The translations under genes and the position numbers were made by a program. From an uncultured Nitrospinota bacterium (GTDB lineage Bacteria > Tectomicrobia > Entotheonellia > J063 > CAVPRW01): DNA of 64,000 bases. The stretch lies in NCBI GenBank assembly GCA_963707985.1, contig CAVPRW010000031.1, positions 320,001-384,000 on the forward strand. The letters run 5' to 3'. Below the pieces are notes generated by a model. The model did not search any database. It was not told the origin of the DNA and saw only the letters and a list, made by a program, of their open reading frames with translations. Positions 1 through 10,554 of the stretch are shown here, in pieces. Positions within the stretch are counted from its first letter, which is position 1. Each line of letters opens with the position of its first letter.

Positions 1-600
1 TTCAAACGTTTTCCCCAGCGCGCGCAGTCGATCCTCGATTTTTTTGACCTGCGACAGCGGAATGTAGGGGTCCTTCTCACCAAAAAAACACTGGACCGGA
101 GCCTGCAAGTCACCGGCAGCATTCAGCGGCGCCGAAGGGGTATCGCCGGCGATGTTCCCGCCATAAAACGGCACCGCTGCCTTGATATCGGTGGGAAATG
201 TACAGGCGGCCATGAAGGCGATCGTACCTCCCATACAGAAGCCTGTAATGCCGATACGTTCTCCGTTCACAAAGGTCTGGGTCTTGAGGTGGGTGATGAC
301 GCTCTGCAGGTCGGCCGCGACTTTTTCGGCATCAAGCCGCTGCATGAGCGCGATGGCCTCCGGGAGTTGGTCGTAGCCGACGACGTTAGGAGATTCTCGG
401 TAGTAGAGGTCGGGGGCAAGGGCGACATACCCCTCGGCGGCAATCCGCTCGGTGACATCCTTGATGTGGTCGTTGAGGCCAAACGCCTCCATGATGACCA
501 TTACCGCAGGGAACTTCCCCTGTCCTCGCGGCTGGGCCTGATGGCACTTCATCTCCCCCTCGCCTGTCCGTAGTCGAATGGTAGTGGTGGTGATTTGCAT
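1..600 (-). CDS. Dienelactone hydrolase family protein (3' end runs off window)
   Basis: Manual translation from ATG at 600: MQITTTTIRLRTGEGEMKCHQAQPRGQGKFPAVMVIMEAFGLNDHIKDVTERIAAEGYVALAPDLYYR...GITGFCMGG (G-x-C-x-GG nucleophile motif). Not in the ORF track because it has no stop within the window. Confidence 0.9.
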   Translation of the reverse strand, partial: MQITTTTIRLRTGEGEMKCHQAQPRGQGKFPAVMVIMEAFGLNDHIKDVTERIAAEGYVALAPDLYYRESPNVVGYDQLPEAIALMQRLDAEKVAADLQSVITHLKTQTFVNGERIGITGFCMGGTIAFMAACTFPTDIKAAVPFYGGNIAGDTPSAPLNAAGDLQAPVQCFFGEKDPYIPLSQVKKIEDRLRALGKTFE

Positions 601-688
601 GGCGGTCGCTCCTGGTGGTTCGCTGCATCAAGGGCTGCCCCACTCCTGAGCCGATGGCAAGAATGCCATGGCCGCATTGTAAAGCAGC

Positions 689-2560
689 CTAGCGCTGGGG
701 TGCAAGAGAGGGAAGGATCGAGGTAGATATTGCCGGGGTGTCGTTGAGAGATGTGTCGCGTGGCGACGAAGCAGGCCCGGCCATGGCATCTGCAGCGAAT
801 TGAAGACTGTACAATTTGGCATACAGGCCTCCCCCAGCCAGGAGTTGCGCATGGGTGCCTTGTTCAGCGATCCGGCCGTGGTCGAGGACCAGGATACGAT
901 CCATCTCGCGGATGGTCGACAGGCGATGGGCAATGACCAGGGCGGTACGCTGGGCGAGCAAGTGCTTCAGGCCTTCCTGGATCAAGGCTTCGGTCTCGCC
1001 ATCCACGCCGGAAGTGGCCTCGTCCAGGATCAAAATCGCGGGGTTATGTGCCAGCGCTCGCGTCAGCGACAGCAGCTGCTTCTCACCCACCGAGAGATTG
1101 GCCCCACGCTCGAATATCGGCGTCTCGAACCCCTGGGGCAGCGCATCGATGAGGCGTTCGGTACCGATCAACCTGGCTGCCTGCCGCACGTCCTCGCGGG
1201 TGATGGTACGATTGCCCAGGGTCAGATTATGCTCTAACGACGCTGAAAATAGGAATGGCTCCTGTAAAACCAAGGCAATCTGACCACGCAGGTCGGCCAG
1301 CGATATCTGTCGAATATCGACGCCGTCGAGGAGGATCTGGCCTTGCTGGGGCTCATAAAAGCGGCAGAGCAAACTGACGATGCTGCTTTTACCGGCTCCG
1401 GTCGGCCCAACCAACGCTAAGCGCTCCCCTTGGCGCAGGGTGAACGAGACATCGTGCAGCACCTGATCCCCGCGGGCATAGGCAAATGACACGTGCCGGA
1501 ACTCCACGGCATGCTGGAACGTGGACTGAGGAACCGGCTCGGGAATGTCACGGATCTCCGGGCGTTGATCAAGTAGCTGAAACACACGCTCGGCCGCAGC
1601 CATCGCCGATTGCATGAGAGTATACTGATCGCTGAAGTTGTCGATAGGCTGGAAGAAGCGCTGCACATAGGCTAAAAAGGCGGCCAACGTACCTACCGTG
1701 AGTGTCCCTTCAAGCGCCCAACTCCCACCGCGCCAAAGAATCACGGCAATGCCGATCGAGGTGATCACGCCAATGACGGGCGTGAATAGCGCCTGATACC
1801 AGATAGAGCGCAGCTGTGCCTCCATCTGCTCACCGTTGAGGCGCCGAAAATGCTCGCGGTTGAGGGTCTCGCGGCACAGCAGCTGCACCACTCGCATGCC
1901 GCTGAGATTCTCCTGCAAGTGGGCGTTGACCCGCGCCAGCTTGACCCGGATGTCGCGATAGACCTCGCGCATCGGGCCGCGAAACACCAAGAATGCACCG
2001 ATCAGGAGTGGCAGCACGAGTAGGGTGAGCAGCGCCAGAGGCGGATGTAAGGTGAGCAAAATGATCACGATGCCAACCAGGGTTAGCGCGTCAGCCAGTA
2101 TCCCTATCAGCCCATAGGTCAGCGTTTCGTTGAGGGCGTCGATATCGTTCGTTAGACGGCTCATCACCCGCCCCAGCGGATTGCGGTCATAGAACGCCGG
2201 GGACAAGGTTTGCAGGTGGGCGAACAACTGCGTGCGCAGGTCAAACATCACCCGCTGGCTCATGTAGGACATCGTCACGATCTGGGCTGCACGCACGCCC
2301 GCCGCCACGAATAGGGAGAACAAGTAGAGGCCGGTTAGGAAGGCGAGGCCAGCGTGATCGTGCAACAGAATGTAGCGATCGATGGCCACCTTGATCAGAT
2401 ACGGCCCAATCAGTTGTGCCCCCGACCAGAGCGTCATGAGCCCGGCGGCCAGGATGAAATGCTTGGTGTATGGTCGCACGTATGCCAGAAGCCGACGCAT
2501 CATACGGCGGTCGTAAAGACGACCCAACACCTCGTCTTCGGGATGCGGTGAGGAGGTCAT
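689..2560 (-). CDS. ABC exporter, fused permease/ATP-binding subunit (MdlB/YheH-like)
   Basis: N-terminal TM domain; Walker A GPTGAGKS, degenerate signature LSVGEK, Walker B ILILDE, H-loop AHRLST. Confidence 0.93.
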   Translation of the reverse strand: MTSSPHPEDEVLGRLYDRRMMRRLLAYVRPYTKHFILAAGLMTLWSGAQLIGPYLIKVAIDRYILLHDHAGLAFLTGLYLFSLFVAAGVRAAQIVTMSYMSQRVMFDLRTQLFAHLQTLSPAFYDRNPLGRVMSRLTNDIDALNETLTYGLIGILADALTLVGIVIILLTLHPPLALLTLLVLPLLIGAFLVFRGPMREVYRDIRVKLARVNAHLQENLSGMRVVQLLCRETLNREHFRRLNGEQMEAQLRSIWYQALFTPVIGVITSIGIAVILWRGGSWALEGTLTVGTLAAFLAYVQRFFQPIDNFSDQYTLMQSAMAAAERVFQLLDQRPEIRDIPEPVPQSTFQHAVEFRHVSFAYARGDQVLHDVSFTLRQGERLALVGPTGAGKSSIVSLLCRFYEPQQGQILLDGVDIRQISLADLRGQIALVLQEPFLFSASLEHNLTLGNRTITREDVRQAARLIGTERLIDALPQGFETPIFERGANLSVGEKQLLSLTRALAHNPAILILDEATSGVDGETEALIQEGLKHLLAQRTALVIAHRLSTIREMDRILVLDHGRIAEQGTHAQLLAGGGLYAKLYSLQFAADAMAGPASSPRDTSLNDTPAISTSILPSLAPQR

Positions 2561-2605
2561 ACGCGGTGCCTTAGAACATCGTCCCTGGTGGTCAGTGCCC
2601 CAAAC

Positions 2606-4381
2606 TCACGCCAGGCTCTCACGCAAACACTGGTGCTCATACAATTGACGATAGAGTCCCCCGTGGTCCAGTAACTGCTGATGTGTGCCCTCGGCGACGA
2701 TGCACCCATCGGCCATCACGATGATGCGATGCGCTGCCTGCAACGTTTTGATGCGGTGGGTGATCAGCAGCACCAGGCGCTCACGGGCCACGGCGCGTAT
2801 GGTCTCGAGTAGCCGCTCCTCGGTCTCGGCGTCGACATTGGAGAATGGATCATCGAGGACCAATACCTCGCCGCCACAGAGCAGCGCTCGCCCTAGGGCC
2901 ACGCGCTGCTTCTGGCCGCCGGAGAGCGTGATGCCGCGCTCTCCAACCATCGTAGCAATCCCGTGTGGAAACAATTGAATCGACTCCCACAGGCAAGTGT
3001 CATGGGCGATGCCCTGGATGGTTTCTGGCGGGGCGTCTGGTCGTCCATAGGCCAGATTCTCAGCCACGGAGGCGGAAAAGAGAAAGGTTTCCTGTGGTAC
3101 CACCGCGACGCGGCGACGGAGCTCCTGTAACGGGAGCACACGCACATCGACACCATCAAGCCTCACTTGGCCGGCTGAGACATCGTATAGGCGTGGGATA
3201 AGATGGCCGATGGTGCTCTTCCCCGCGCCGCTCGGTCCCGTGATGGCGACCAACTCTCCTCTCCAACCCTGGAAATTAATGCCGTGCAGAACCGACCGTC
3301 CGTTGTAGGCGAAATCCACCTCCTGAAACACGACGAGAGGCTGTTCACGAGCGCTGTCGGTCGAGGCGCGCACGACCGCGTCGGTCTGTGCCGGCACGGT
3401 TGGCGCTGGGGCGGTCGAGAGAATCTCCTCGATTCGGCCAAGCGAGGCCACCGCACGCTGTGCCAGGCTAATCATCCAGCCCAGCGTCGTGAGGGGTTTG
3501 GCCAGGAGCCCTACGTAGCCGATGAACGCCACGAATTCGCCCAGTGTGAGACGGCCAGACATCACCTGACTGCCCCCAAACCAGAGCACCATGCCACCCG
3601 TGGCGGTGCCAAGGCAGAAAATCATCGGCAAATAGATGGCTCGCTCCCATGCCGCGGCCATGGCGCGCCGGAACAATTCCTGGTTGATGTCGCGGAAGCG
3701 GGCCGTCTCCGACTGTTCCTGGCGGTACGCTTGAATAAGTCTGATCCCGGCCAGATTTTCCTGTAACGCGGTCGTCATCTGGCCATACTGCTCCTGAACT
3801 GCCAGATAGCGTGGTCGCAGACGCTTGCGAAACCGCATCACCGCGTATCCCAGGAGGGGGAACATCGTGGAAACAAGCAAGGTCAGCGGCCAGCTCATGA
3901 GGGACATCAACACGAGGGCCGCGATGAACAGGAACAGCATTTCCAGGAAGCTGCTCAAACTCCAGTTGATGAACATCCGCACGCCTTCCACGTCCGAGGT
4001 GGCACGAGACATGATGTCCCCAGTGTTGGCTTGGTCGAAGAAGACGGGCGGCAGGGATTGGAGATGGGCAAAAATTCGGTTACGAAGATCATACGCAATG
4101 CGCTGTCCCATACCGGCGATGCGCTGATAGGCCAGATATTCGCCCCAGCCTTTGCCGATCGTCAGCAGGATCACCGCTAGCCCATATAACAGCAGCGGAG
4201 TCGAATGCCCATGTTGCACAATGCTGTCGATGCCGCCGCGAAAGGTGAGGGGAATGAGCACTGTCAGGCCGCTCGCGGCGGCAGTAGCGAGGAGCCCGAT
4301 GGAGAAATCCCAGCGATACGGGCGGATGTGGCGTGCCAGGTGGGCATAAAATCGTTGAGTTGTCGTGGACGCTTTGGTCAC
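2606..4381 (-). CDS. ABC exporter, fused permease/ATP-binding subunit (MdlA/YheI-like), heterodimer partner
   Basis: TM domain; GPSGAGKS, LSGGQ, Walker B VLVLDD (catalytic E replaced by D), typical of asymmetric heterodimeric exporters. Confidence 0.93.
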   Translation of the reverse strand: MTKASTTTQRFYAHLARHIRPYRWDFSIGLLATAAASGLTVLIPLTFRGGIDSIVQHGHSTPLLLYGLAVILLTIGKGWGEYLAYQRIAGMGQRIAYDLRNRIFAHLQSLPPVFFDQANTGDIMSRATSDVEGVRMFINWSLSSFLEMLFLFIAALVLMSLMSWPLTLLVSTMFPLLGYAVMRFRKRLRPRYLAVQEQYGQMTTALQENLAGIRLIQAYRQEQSETARFRDINQELFRRAMAAAWERAIYLPMIFCLGTATGGMVLWFGGSQVMSGRLTLGEFVAFIGYVGLLAKPLTTLGWMISLAQRAVASLGRIEEILSTAPAPTVPAQTDAVVRASTDSAREQPLVVFQEVDFAYNGRSVLHGINFQGWRGELVAITGPSGAGKSTIGHLIPRLYDVSAGQVRLDGVDVRVLPLQELRRRVAVVPQETFLFSASVAENLAYGRPDAPPETIQGIAHDTCLWESIQLFPHGIATMVGERGITLSGGQKQRVALGRALLCGGEVLVLDDPFSNVDAETEERLLETIRAVARERLVLLITHRIKTLQAAHRIIVMADGCIVAEGTHQQLLDHGGLYRQLYEHQCLRESLA

Positions 4382-5850
4382 AAATCACTTAAGAGGTCGG
4401 CGACCACAGCGTCGACACCAAGTGTCGAGCCATTGACCTGGGCGACGAGGTCCTCGAACGTATGGAATGGGCTTTGCCGCCAAAACTCGTGCAAGGCCAG
4501 TCGAGCATCCGGTTCGCGGAACCATTCCTCGGCATAGAGCCGCTGCAGTTGCTGGCGGATGGCGGCACCCAACACCCAGCCCCGCACATTCCAAAAGCTG
4601 CTGAAGCCAGGGTCGATGTCATACAGATAGTAGCTCTCTGGGTAGGTAAAGCCGCTGGCACGACGCAATGCGTCCCGATAAGCTTCTTCCTTGCCGTCAA
4701 GGACCGCGTCTTCATAGAACGTGCGCTCGTAGAGGCATTTGCCGATATAGCGACGCACGACATAGAGCCGTTCGAGCCGTGCCAAGCTTAACCCCTCCTC
4801 GGGTTGTTGGACGTGCCGGTACATTTGCACCCAGCGTGGCGTGCGGTTCAACCCGCCGTACAACTCTGCTTGCGCTTCCAGCACGGACGGATCGGGGAAA
4901 CAGCGGAGCTGGCGGGGAACGTCGGCGGGCAAGGACGCCAGCAGCAGGCTCTTCCCCGTTTCGCGAAAGGCTTGGGCATACCCTCGCATCCCCTCCGATG
5001 GTGCCAGGGCTAGGCGAATGTCTCCTGGAATCTCCAGGGCCGCACACCACGCCCCTCCTGCCAGCATGGGGTACTGCTCGATACGTAGGTTGCCTGGTTC
5101 ATCGGGCTGCCAGCCCCAGTCGCGCAGCCATTGCTGCAAGCAAGGGAGCATCTCACCTCGCGGGAACCAAGTAGCCGTCTCATCCACCCCGAATAGGGCA
5201 AGCATGTCATGCCGTTTGGCCTCCTCGAGCCTGATCCCGAGGGTGCGTTTGAGATGCCACTGCATGCGCTCGTGATAGGTGTCGTCCGTTTCCCGGAGAA
5301 TGGCTTCAAGCGGTTGTATAAACGCATCCAGACGCACGCCAAAGAGTTCTTCCCACAGCATGATGAGGTTCGGATATCCAAGGACTTCGACGACGCCAAA
5401 CAGCCCGCTCCAGAAGTCGCGATACAGTGGCTGGAAGCCCTGAATCAGACTAGTGGCGGTGCTGTCCAGCGCCTCACGCAGCACCCGTTTGCGTTCCAAA
5501 GCCAGGCGTGCGCTCACCTGCCAAAAAGGCACCGGCTCATCAAGAATTGGCACCTCGACGACGGCAGCTTGCTGTCGATCTTGAATGGTTGTGCTGGAGC
5601 CGTGCGTCTGGCGGAGCAAGTATTCACCGATGGTAAAGCGGAATAAATGGCGCAGCCCGAGCGTCTGTGGAGCATCGGCGACTCGCAGAGCGGCCTGCAG
5701 ATCGCGGACGATTGCCGGGGTTGGCCAATCGGCCTCATCGCTCTCAACGTCCCAGTCATGCAGAGGACCAACCCGCCGACGATACTCATCGCGCACTCGC
5801 GCCCGTCGGCGCAGTTCAGCTTGTGTGAGGACTTCAGTGATAGTTTCCAT
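4378..5850 (-). CDS. Peptidase M3/M32-like protein lacking HExxH (probable pseudo-peptidase)
   Basis: About 490 aa from ATG 5850. The pattern ...IPGDIRL...YAQAFRETGKSL...DPSVLEAQAELY...LYVVRRYIGKCLYE resembles zincin oligopeptidases. Its stop overlaps the ABC gene start. Confidence 0.55.
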   Translation of the reverse strand: METITEVLTQAELRRRARVRDEYRRRVGPLHDWDVESDEADWPTPAIVRDLQAALRVADAPQTLGLRHLFRFTIGEYLLRQTHGSSTTIQDRQQAAVVEVPILDEPVPFWQVSARLALERKRVLREALDSTATSLIQGFQPLYRDFWSGLFGVVEVLGYPNLIMLWEELFGVRLDAFIQPLEAILRETDDTYHERMQWHLKRTLGIRLEEAKRHDMLALFGVDETATWFPRGEMLPCLQQWLRDWGWQPDEPGNLRIEQYPMLAGGAWCAALEIPGDIRLALAPSEGMRGYAQAFRETGKSLLLASLPADVPRQLRCFPDPSVLEAQAELYGGLNRTPRWVQMYRHVQQPEEGLSLARLERLYVVRRYIGKCLYERTFYEDAVLDGKEEAYRDALRRASGFTYPESYYLYDIDPGFSSFWNVRGWVLGAAIRQQLQRLYAEEWFREPDARLALHEFWRQSPFHTFEDLVAQVNGSTLGVDAVVADLLSDL

Positions 5851-5999
5851 GGCAAACCTCCGAGTATACGGTAGCAAAGTTCCGGCCTGAAGGCAATCGT
5901 CATCCTGGTGAAAAGTCGCTCGTCCCCTTTGAGAAGCAGAGGCATAAGCGCCCGGTTAAGCCATAGACTCCTGTGGGGCGAGCAACCGTACCTCCTCCC

Positions 6000-6420
6000 C
6001 CCTTCCTAGCCCATGCCCATTTTTTCGCTTACAGGGCGTGGATGAGACTAGAGGGCTGGGCGAGCTGCTGGGCCAGGGCCAGCGCCGCCTGGCAGCCGGC
6101 CACCACCTGGTCGGGGTAGCCAAGGAGCCAGAGGGACGGCGCCGTGAGCATGTGGCAACACACTCCAGGATTATCTGCGCTGGAGAGCGCGGCATGGGTG
6201 CGGTGCTGTTGCGAATCGTAGAGCCGCCTGCCCTGGTCCAGAGGTACTTGGGGGCCAACAAGCTCACCGCCAAAGAACAAGCTGGCCCACAGGGAGTGGT
6301 CGGCCTGCAGCAGGCACTTGCCAAGGTCGTCGGCAGAGTACTGAAGCCATGGCAGCTGGAACGGCCGCCGTGTACTGCTACGAATGCTGGACAGGCCCAG
6401 CAGGACAGGTTATGGTAGGG
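6000..6420 (-). pseudogene. Fragment of adenylate-cyclase/AAA-ATPase TPR-type regulator
   Basis: Frameshifted peptide YDSQQHRTHA...LWLLGYPDQ...ALALAQQLAQPSSLIHAL, typical of the C-terminal TPR region of these proteins. Confidence 0.55.
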
Positions 6421-6890
6421 GAAATGCCAGGATGGGTTAGCCAATTTCACCTGTATGGGTCAGAGCTCACGCCTGCCATGGCCATGGTTGGCACATCGAC
6501 GCACGTCTGTCGGGCCTGAAGTATCATAGGGAGACAGGAATGCCCGCTGCCGTTTGGATGGGATGCAGAGAAAGCTGGGGAGAACCTCGGAAAGCATCGG
6601 ATCCCTTTTGAGGAAGCCGAGACAGTGTTTGATGATCCTCTGTCACAGGCGCTCCTCGACCCAGATCATTCTGCAGGGGAAGAGCGTTATCTCGAAATTG
6701 GTTATTTAGCCGTAGGCGGTCGCTCCTGGTAAGCTATACCGAGCGGCAGGGCTGTGTACACATCACTCAATCAGTCCACACGAGATTGGGACACTCTGGT
6801 TCTCCGAAGGACTCGGCCAGAATGGGGACGCCGCAATCCGCGTGTACCAATGTTGGGTGGTTCGATTTAGCGTTGCAGGGGGGCTGAAGG

Positions 6891-8186
6891 ATGGTATCCG
6901 AAGACGGTCCGATGTTCTACCCAGAGCACTACCCAGGCGCCGACCTCGGCGCGAAAATCCACAACGTTGTCCAGGAAATCCCCGCGTCGGGCGGGACCAT
7001 CGACGCTCGCCGCTTCACGGGTAACCAGGCGATATCCGCTACGGTCATCGTCGACCGCCCGATCGTTCTCCTGCTCGGCCATGCCCAGATCACCATCAGT
7101 GCGACCCCTGGCATCCTCACGACTGGTTCTGGCCGATTGAGTATCGAAGGAGTGCCCATCGAAGGCACTGGGCTGTATACGTCCCTCGCTCAGTGCGAAA
7201 TGATTAAACACACGGCGAATTCAATGTTTCAGTGTAGAAACCTTTACTTTGCCCCGAGCGTAACGCAGACCGGCGGGGCCGCGATCTCTATTGTCCCGAC
7301 CACTTACGCCAATCGTCACCTCGTGCAAGAGTGTGACTTCGAAAGCATGTATCGGTGTATCGTGATAGGCAATGCGAACACGATTCTGATCGATCACTGC
7401 GGCTTTTCAAATACCGTTTATGCCGGGATACTATCTTGCTATATCCCGGCCGCTTCGGACTCCGGGCAGACCTACATCACCAACTGCGTCTTCAACACTA
7501 ACAATGCCGCATCGGCTATTGGCGTGCACTGGTTGGACTCCAGCGGGTTGTATATGGTGAATAACACGATCCTTGCGCATTTCTACGGGGTGCTCGTGGA
7601 GTGCACACAGGACGTCGGCGCCTTTAACGAGTTCATGTTCTACAACAACCGTATCAGCCATCAGCGCTCATACGGGATTCTCTGTAAGCGCTCCGCGAGT
7701 ACGGGAGTCCTCCAAGGCATTCAGGTGTTTGGGAATTCCTTCGGTCTCACGGACGCCGACGCGGCGGCTGGTTTCTCCCTCCAGACCGTCAGCGCCGGCT
7801 TCGCCCAAAACGTCATCATTCAGGGCAACTACTTTTCGATGACCCGGGCCACCCATCAGGGGTGTGAGATCGCTGGCGGTACCAACATCACGATCGGTGG
7901 GAACATGTTCACTACTAGCAACGCTGCCGCCCAAGCCGTCAACGTCGGGAGCCTGCCCGTCGGACTGAGCGTGTTACCAAACTCTTACTATGGCTTCACG
8001 ACACGGCTCACCAATGCCTCGGACACCACGGTCGTTTACCCTGCGGCTGTGAGCTCACCCACTGATGGACAGGTCGCCATGGTTGTCCAGCGCAACGTCG
8101 GCGGGGTCATCACCACGCAACAAGTCAGCATGGGAGAGGCGGACTCGGGTGGAGCCGGATTTAGGCTGCTCCGCGTGCCGAACTAA
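6891..8186 (+). CDS. Right-handed beta-helix (pectin-lyase-fold) protein, phage tailspike-like
   Basis: 431 aa, Asn/Gly/Ile-rich repeating beta-helix rungs (NITIGGNMF, NVIIQGNYF); C-terminal DSGGAGFRLLRVPN motif reminiscent of phage tail proteins; lower GC than the backbone. Confidence 0.7.
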   Translation: MVSEDGPMFYPEHYPGADLGAKIHNVVQEIPASGGTIDARRFTGNQAISATVIVDRPIVLLLGHAQITISATPGILTTGSGRLSIEGVPIEGTGLYTSLAQCEMIKHTANSMFQCRNLYFAPSVTQTGGAAISIVPTTYANRHLVQECDFESMYRCIVIGNANTILIDHCGFSNTVYAGILSCYIPAASDSGQTYITNCVFNTNNAASAIGVHWLDSSGLYMVNNTILAHFYGVLVECTQDVGAFNEFMFYNNRISHQRSYGILCKRSASTGVLQGIQVFGNSFGLTDADAAAGFSLQTVSAGFAQNVIIQGNYFSMTRATHQGCEIAGGTNITIGGNMFTTSNAAAQAVNVGSLPVGLSVLPNSYYGFTTRLTNASDTTVVYPAAVSSPTDGQVAMVVQRNVGGVITTQQVSMGEADSGGAGFRLLRVPN

Positions 8187-8400
8187 ATCAGTCCACACAA
8201 GATTGGTCCACTCATGCCGCGCATGCCGCAGCCTTGGCGTGTTCCTGTGCGATCCGCTTCTCAACGGCTGCGGTGACTGCGGGCTCATCGTAAAGGTCTG
8301 ACAACTTGTACTGCCGGGGGCCGTTCAGGTGCACATGGCCTTCCACATCTGCCACCAGATCGGCTAACCGTGCTGTGCCAATCTTGTGTGGACTGATTTA
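8184..8400 (-). mobile_element. IS630-derived MITE (217 bp) retaining a transposase C-terminal remnant
   Basis: Perfect 23-bp IR with TA termini; the internal minus strand reads RLADLVADVEGHVHLNGPRQYKLSDLYDEPAVTAAVEK. Confidence 0.7.
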
Positions 8401-8436
8401 GTGTACGTCGTGCCACGCGGAAGGAGAGGCAGAGCT

Positions 8437-8791
8437 ATGAAGCAGGGTCAGGCACACCACCTCGTATTTGAGGCTGACAAGCCATTACTAGATGCCGGGG
8501 ACATGCGTCCAGAACCTGAAGCAAGTTGGGGAGCGGGGACGCTTTCACAAGGCCCGGCGCGAGGGCTACACGACCGTCGTGACACATCCGGATGGCACCA
8601 AGGAGATCACCCGCCACCATTATCGCCCCGTGCCAGGTAGTGTGGTCCTGGATCAGGACGTGCGCGCATACTTCCCCGACTCCGAGGCGGTTAACGCCGC
8701 CCTGCGCGGGCTCATGGCGCTGATTCCGGCTCAGCTCGACTTTTGCCCTTTTGCGAGGCATAGGGGTGAGCGTCGTTGCCGCCCCCACTAG
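8437..8791 (+). pseudogene. Antitoxin partner of BrnT (BrnA-like), frameshifted, 3' end at an IS701-type terminus
   Basis: DMRPE... then VVLDQDVRAYFPDSEAVNAALRGL in another frame; directly downstream of the brnT remnant. Confidence 0.6.
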
Positions 8792-10070
8792 GCTGCGGGG
8801 GCCAGGGCATACAGGATGGTTTCCTGGAGCGAGCGCGAGAGTTTTGAGCACTCCTCGGGATCATCCTGGGTGTGAAGACACCACGGCTTCCATAGGGCGC
8901 GCCGTACGCACGTGATCATGTCAGAAAAGGTCACCGTCGATTTGCCCCTCCAGAAGACGGCCCCAAGAGTTCTTGAGGTCTTCGGGAGCTGAAGAGAGAG
9001 CAGCACAATCGTTGTATATCATCCCCATAAGCAGGGGGTGAGTCGGAGGACGGTGGCTTGGCCCTAACCCTTCGTGAATTCCAGCTTCAGGTATGCGCGG
9101 CATTCTTCGAAGGTCGTGTCAATGGACCAGCGTTGTGTGTCACACGCCACGATCTGCTGCGGCCTCATCGTGATGTCTGTGGTCAAGAGATACTCGTCAC
9201 GAGGGGTCCCTGTACAATCATGGACGTAGACCCAGCGGACTGCCACCAGGTCCGCCCCGAGGCGGTACCAGTGACCCGTGCCCGTGACCACCTCAATGTC
9301 TCGGGTGCTTCCGCCATCCCATGCCACGGTGCGGCTGGTGCGGTTGACCGTGGTCGCCACGACCGCTTGTGGGGACGCGAGGTTCCGGCCTTTCACACGC
9401 GGGCGTCCCATGGTGTGACGCGTACGCGGGGGAGGAGGTTCGTACCAGGCGGCATCACCATAACACTTGCTGACCAACGTGAGGTGACGCCCGGTGTGCG
9501 ACAAAACCGTGCGGTCTCGCTGGTGCCGTACCCGGTATCCCCCACAACGATGAACTGGCGCGCTGGAAACCAGCGTACCACGCGTGCCAAGCGGAGTCGG
9601 GCCAGAGGCGCCGGCGTTTGATGGCGCGTCCCATGGACCTGATCCCAGGCGGGGTCGCGATACAAGGCCCCCAACACCGGGAGTGCCCAGGGTCTGACCG
9701 CGAACGGAAACTTGACTCGTACCGACACGACGACCCCCTGATGCCCCCACCGATACGCCGTATCGCTGTGGGTCGAGCGCACGCCATCGCGATGGCGTCC
9801 CTTGCCGAAGACGTGGGGCCCGGGCGTTCTGCGACCGTCTCATCCCCGGCCAGCCACACAGGGCCCCTCGGCACGACATAGTTCAGCAGAAAGGTCAGCA
9901 ACCTGCGGGCCAGCTCCCATGCCGACCAGCGTCGCTGTGAACACACCCGATGATCTGAGGAGACATGGCCCGTGGCATGATGACGCACGGGCCGTACGCT
10001 ATTGGTGATGGTCTGGCGACTGCTCGTCAAGATGGCCCCGAGCCACAGCACGAGGGGGGTCACACCTCAG
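8733..10070 (-). mobile_element. IS701-like element with multiply frameshifted transposase pseudogene
   Basis: Fragments VWLAGDETVAERPG, RSTHSDTAYRWGH, VVGDTGYG, TQRWSIDTTFEE, TFSDMITCVRRALW in several frames. Terminus AGCTCGACTTTTGCCCTTTT at 8733-8752; the same end recurs inverted at 31884-31903. Confidence 0.8.
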
Positions 10071-10296
10071 ATGAGCCGGCTTAACTCCCCACTGGCGTAT
10101 AGGAGCTCGCGGCCATGTGTGCCGTCCAGCCCTCGCCAAAATTACCTTTACCTTAGTGCGGAGTTAACTCGACCTTGTTTATTCGAGACCAGCTTCACCA
10201 GCAACCACGCCACATAGCGGTAGGACGAGGCTTCCACCAAGGAAAAGCCCACATGGGCAATTTTGCGGGGTTACGATGAACCGATACGGTTGGCTT

Positions 10297-10554
10297 GGGG
10301 TATGTTCAGGATACGTGTAAAAACCGGTCACAGGTAGATAAAACAACCACTTGCATGGTGTTCTAAGGTTGCTTGCACTCGCCACACAGTTCCATCCGTG
10401 CAGAGGCAGGTGTCCGAAAAAGGTTCTACCGAGCTGGGATATAACAGGCTGTTTTTACACGCATGAAGTTCAATAGGCCTTCCGTCCGATAAGGTCTACT
10501 TTTCTGGACTGACTTCCCTGTGGCCGGAAATTACACGTATCCTGAACATACCCC
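10297..10554. mobile_element. Tn3-family MITE, 258 bp
   Basis: 38-bp IRs starting GGGGTATGTTCAGGATACGTGTAA (10297-10334 and 10517-10554, 34/38 match); 5-bp TSD GGCTT on both sides. Confidence 0.9.

Larger units (their letters stand above)
6767..8400. mobile_element. Non-autonomous IS630-type composite cassette (three copies of a 23-bp end) carrying a passenger gene
   Basis: TCAATCAGTCCACACGAGATTGG at 6767-6789, TAAATCAGTCCACACAAGATTGG at 8184-8206, and its exact reverse complement at 8378-8400. The reconstructed target is C-TA-G. Confidence 0.8.
6540..8471 (+). pseudogene. BrnT family toxin, frameshifted and split by a 1.63-kb insertion
   Basis: WDAEKA..NL.KH.IPFEEAETVFDDP...DPDHSAGEERYLEIG...LLVSYTER before 6767; removing 6769-8400 and restoring TA gives VHITSVRRATRKERQSYE. 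Confidence 0.8.
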
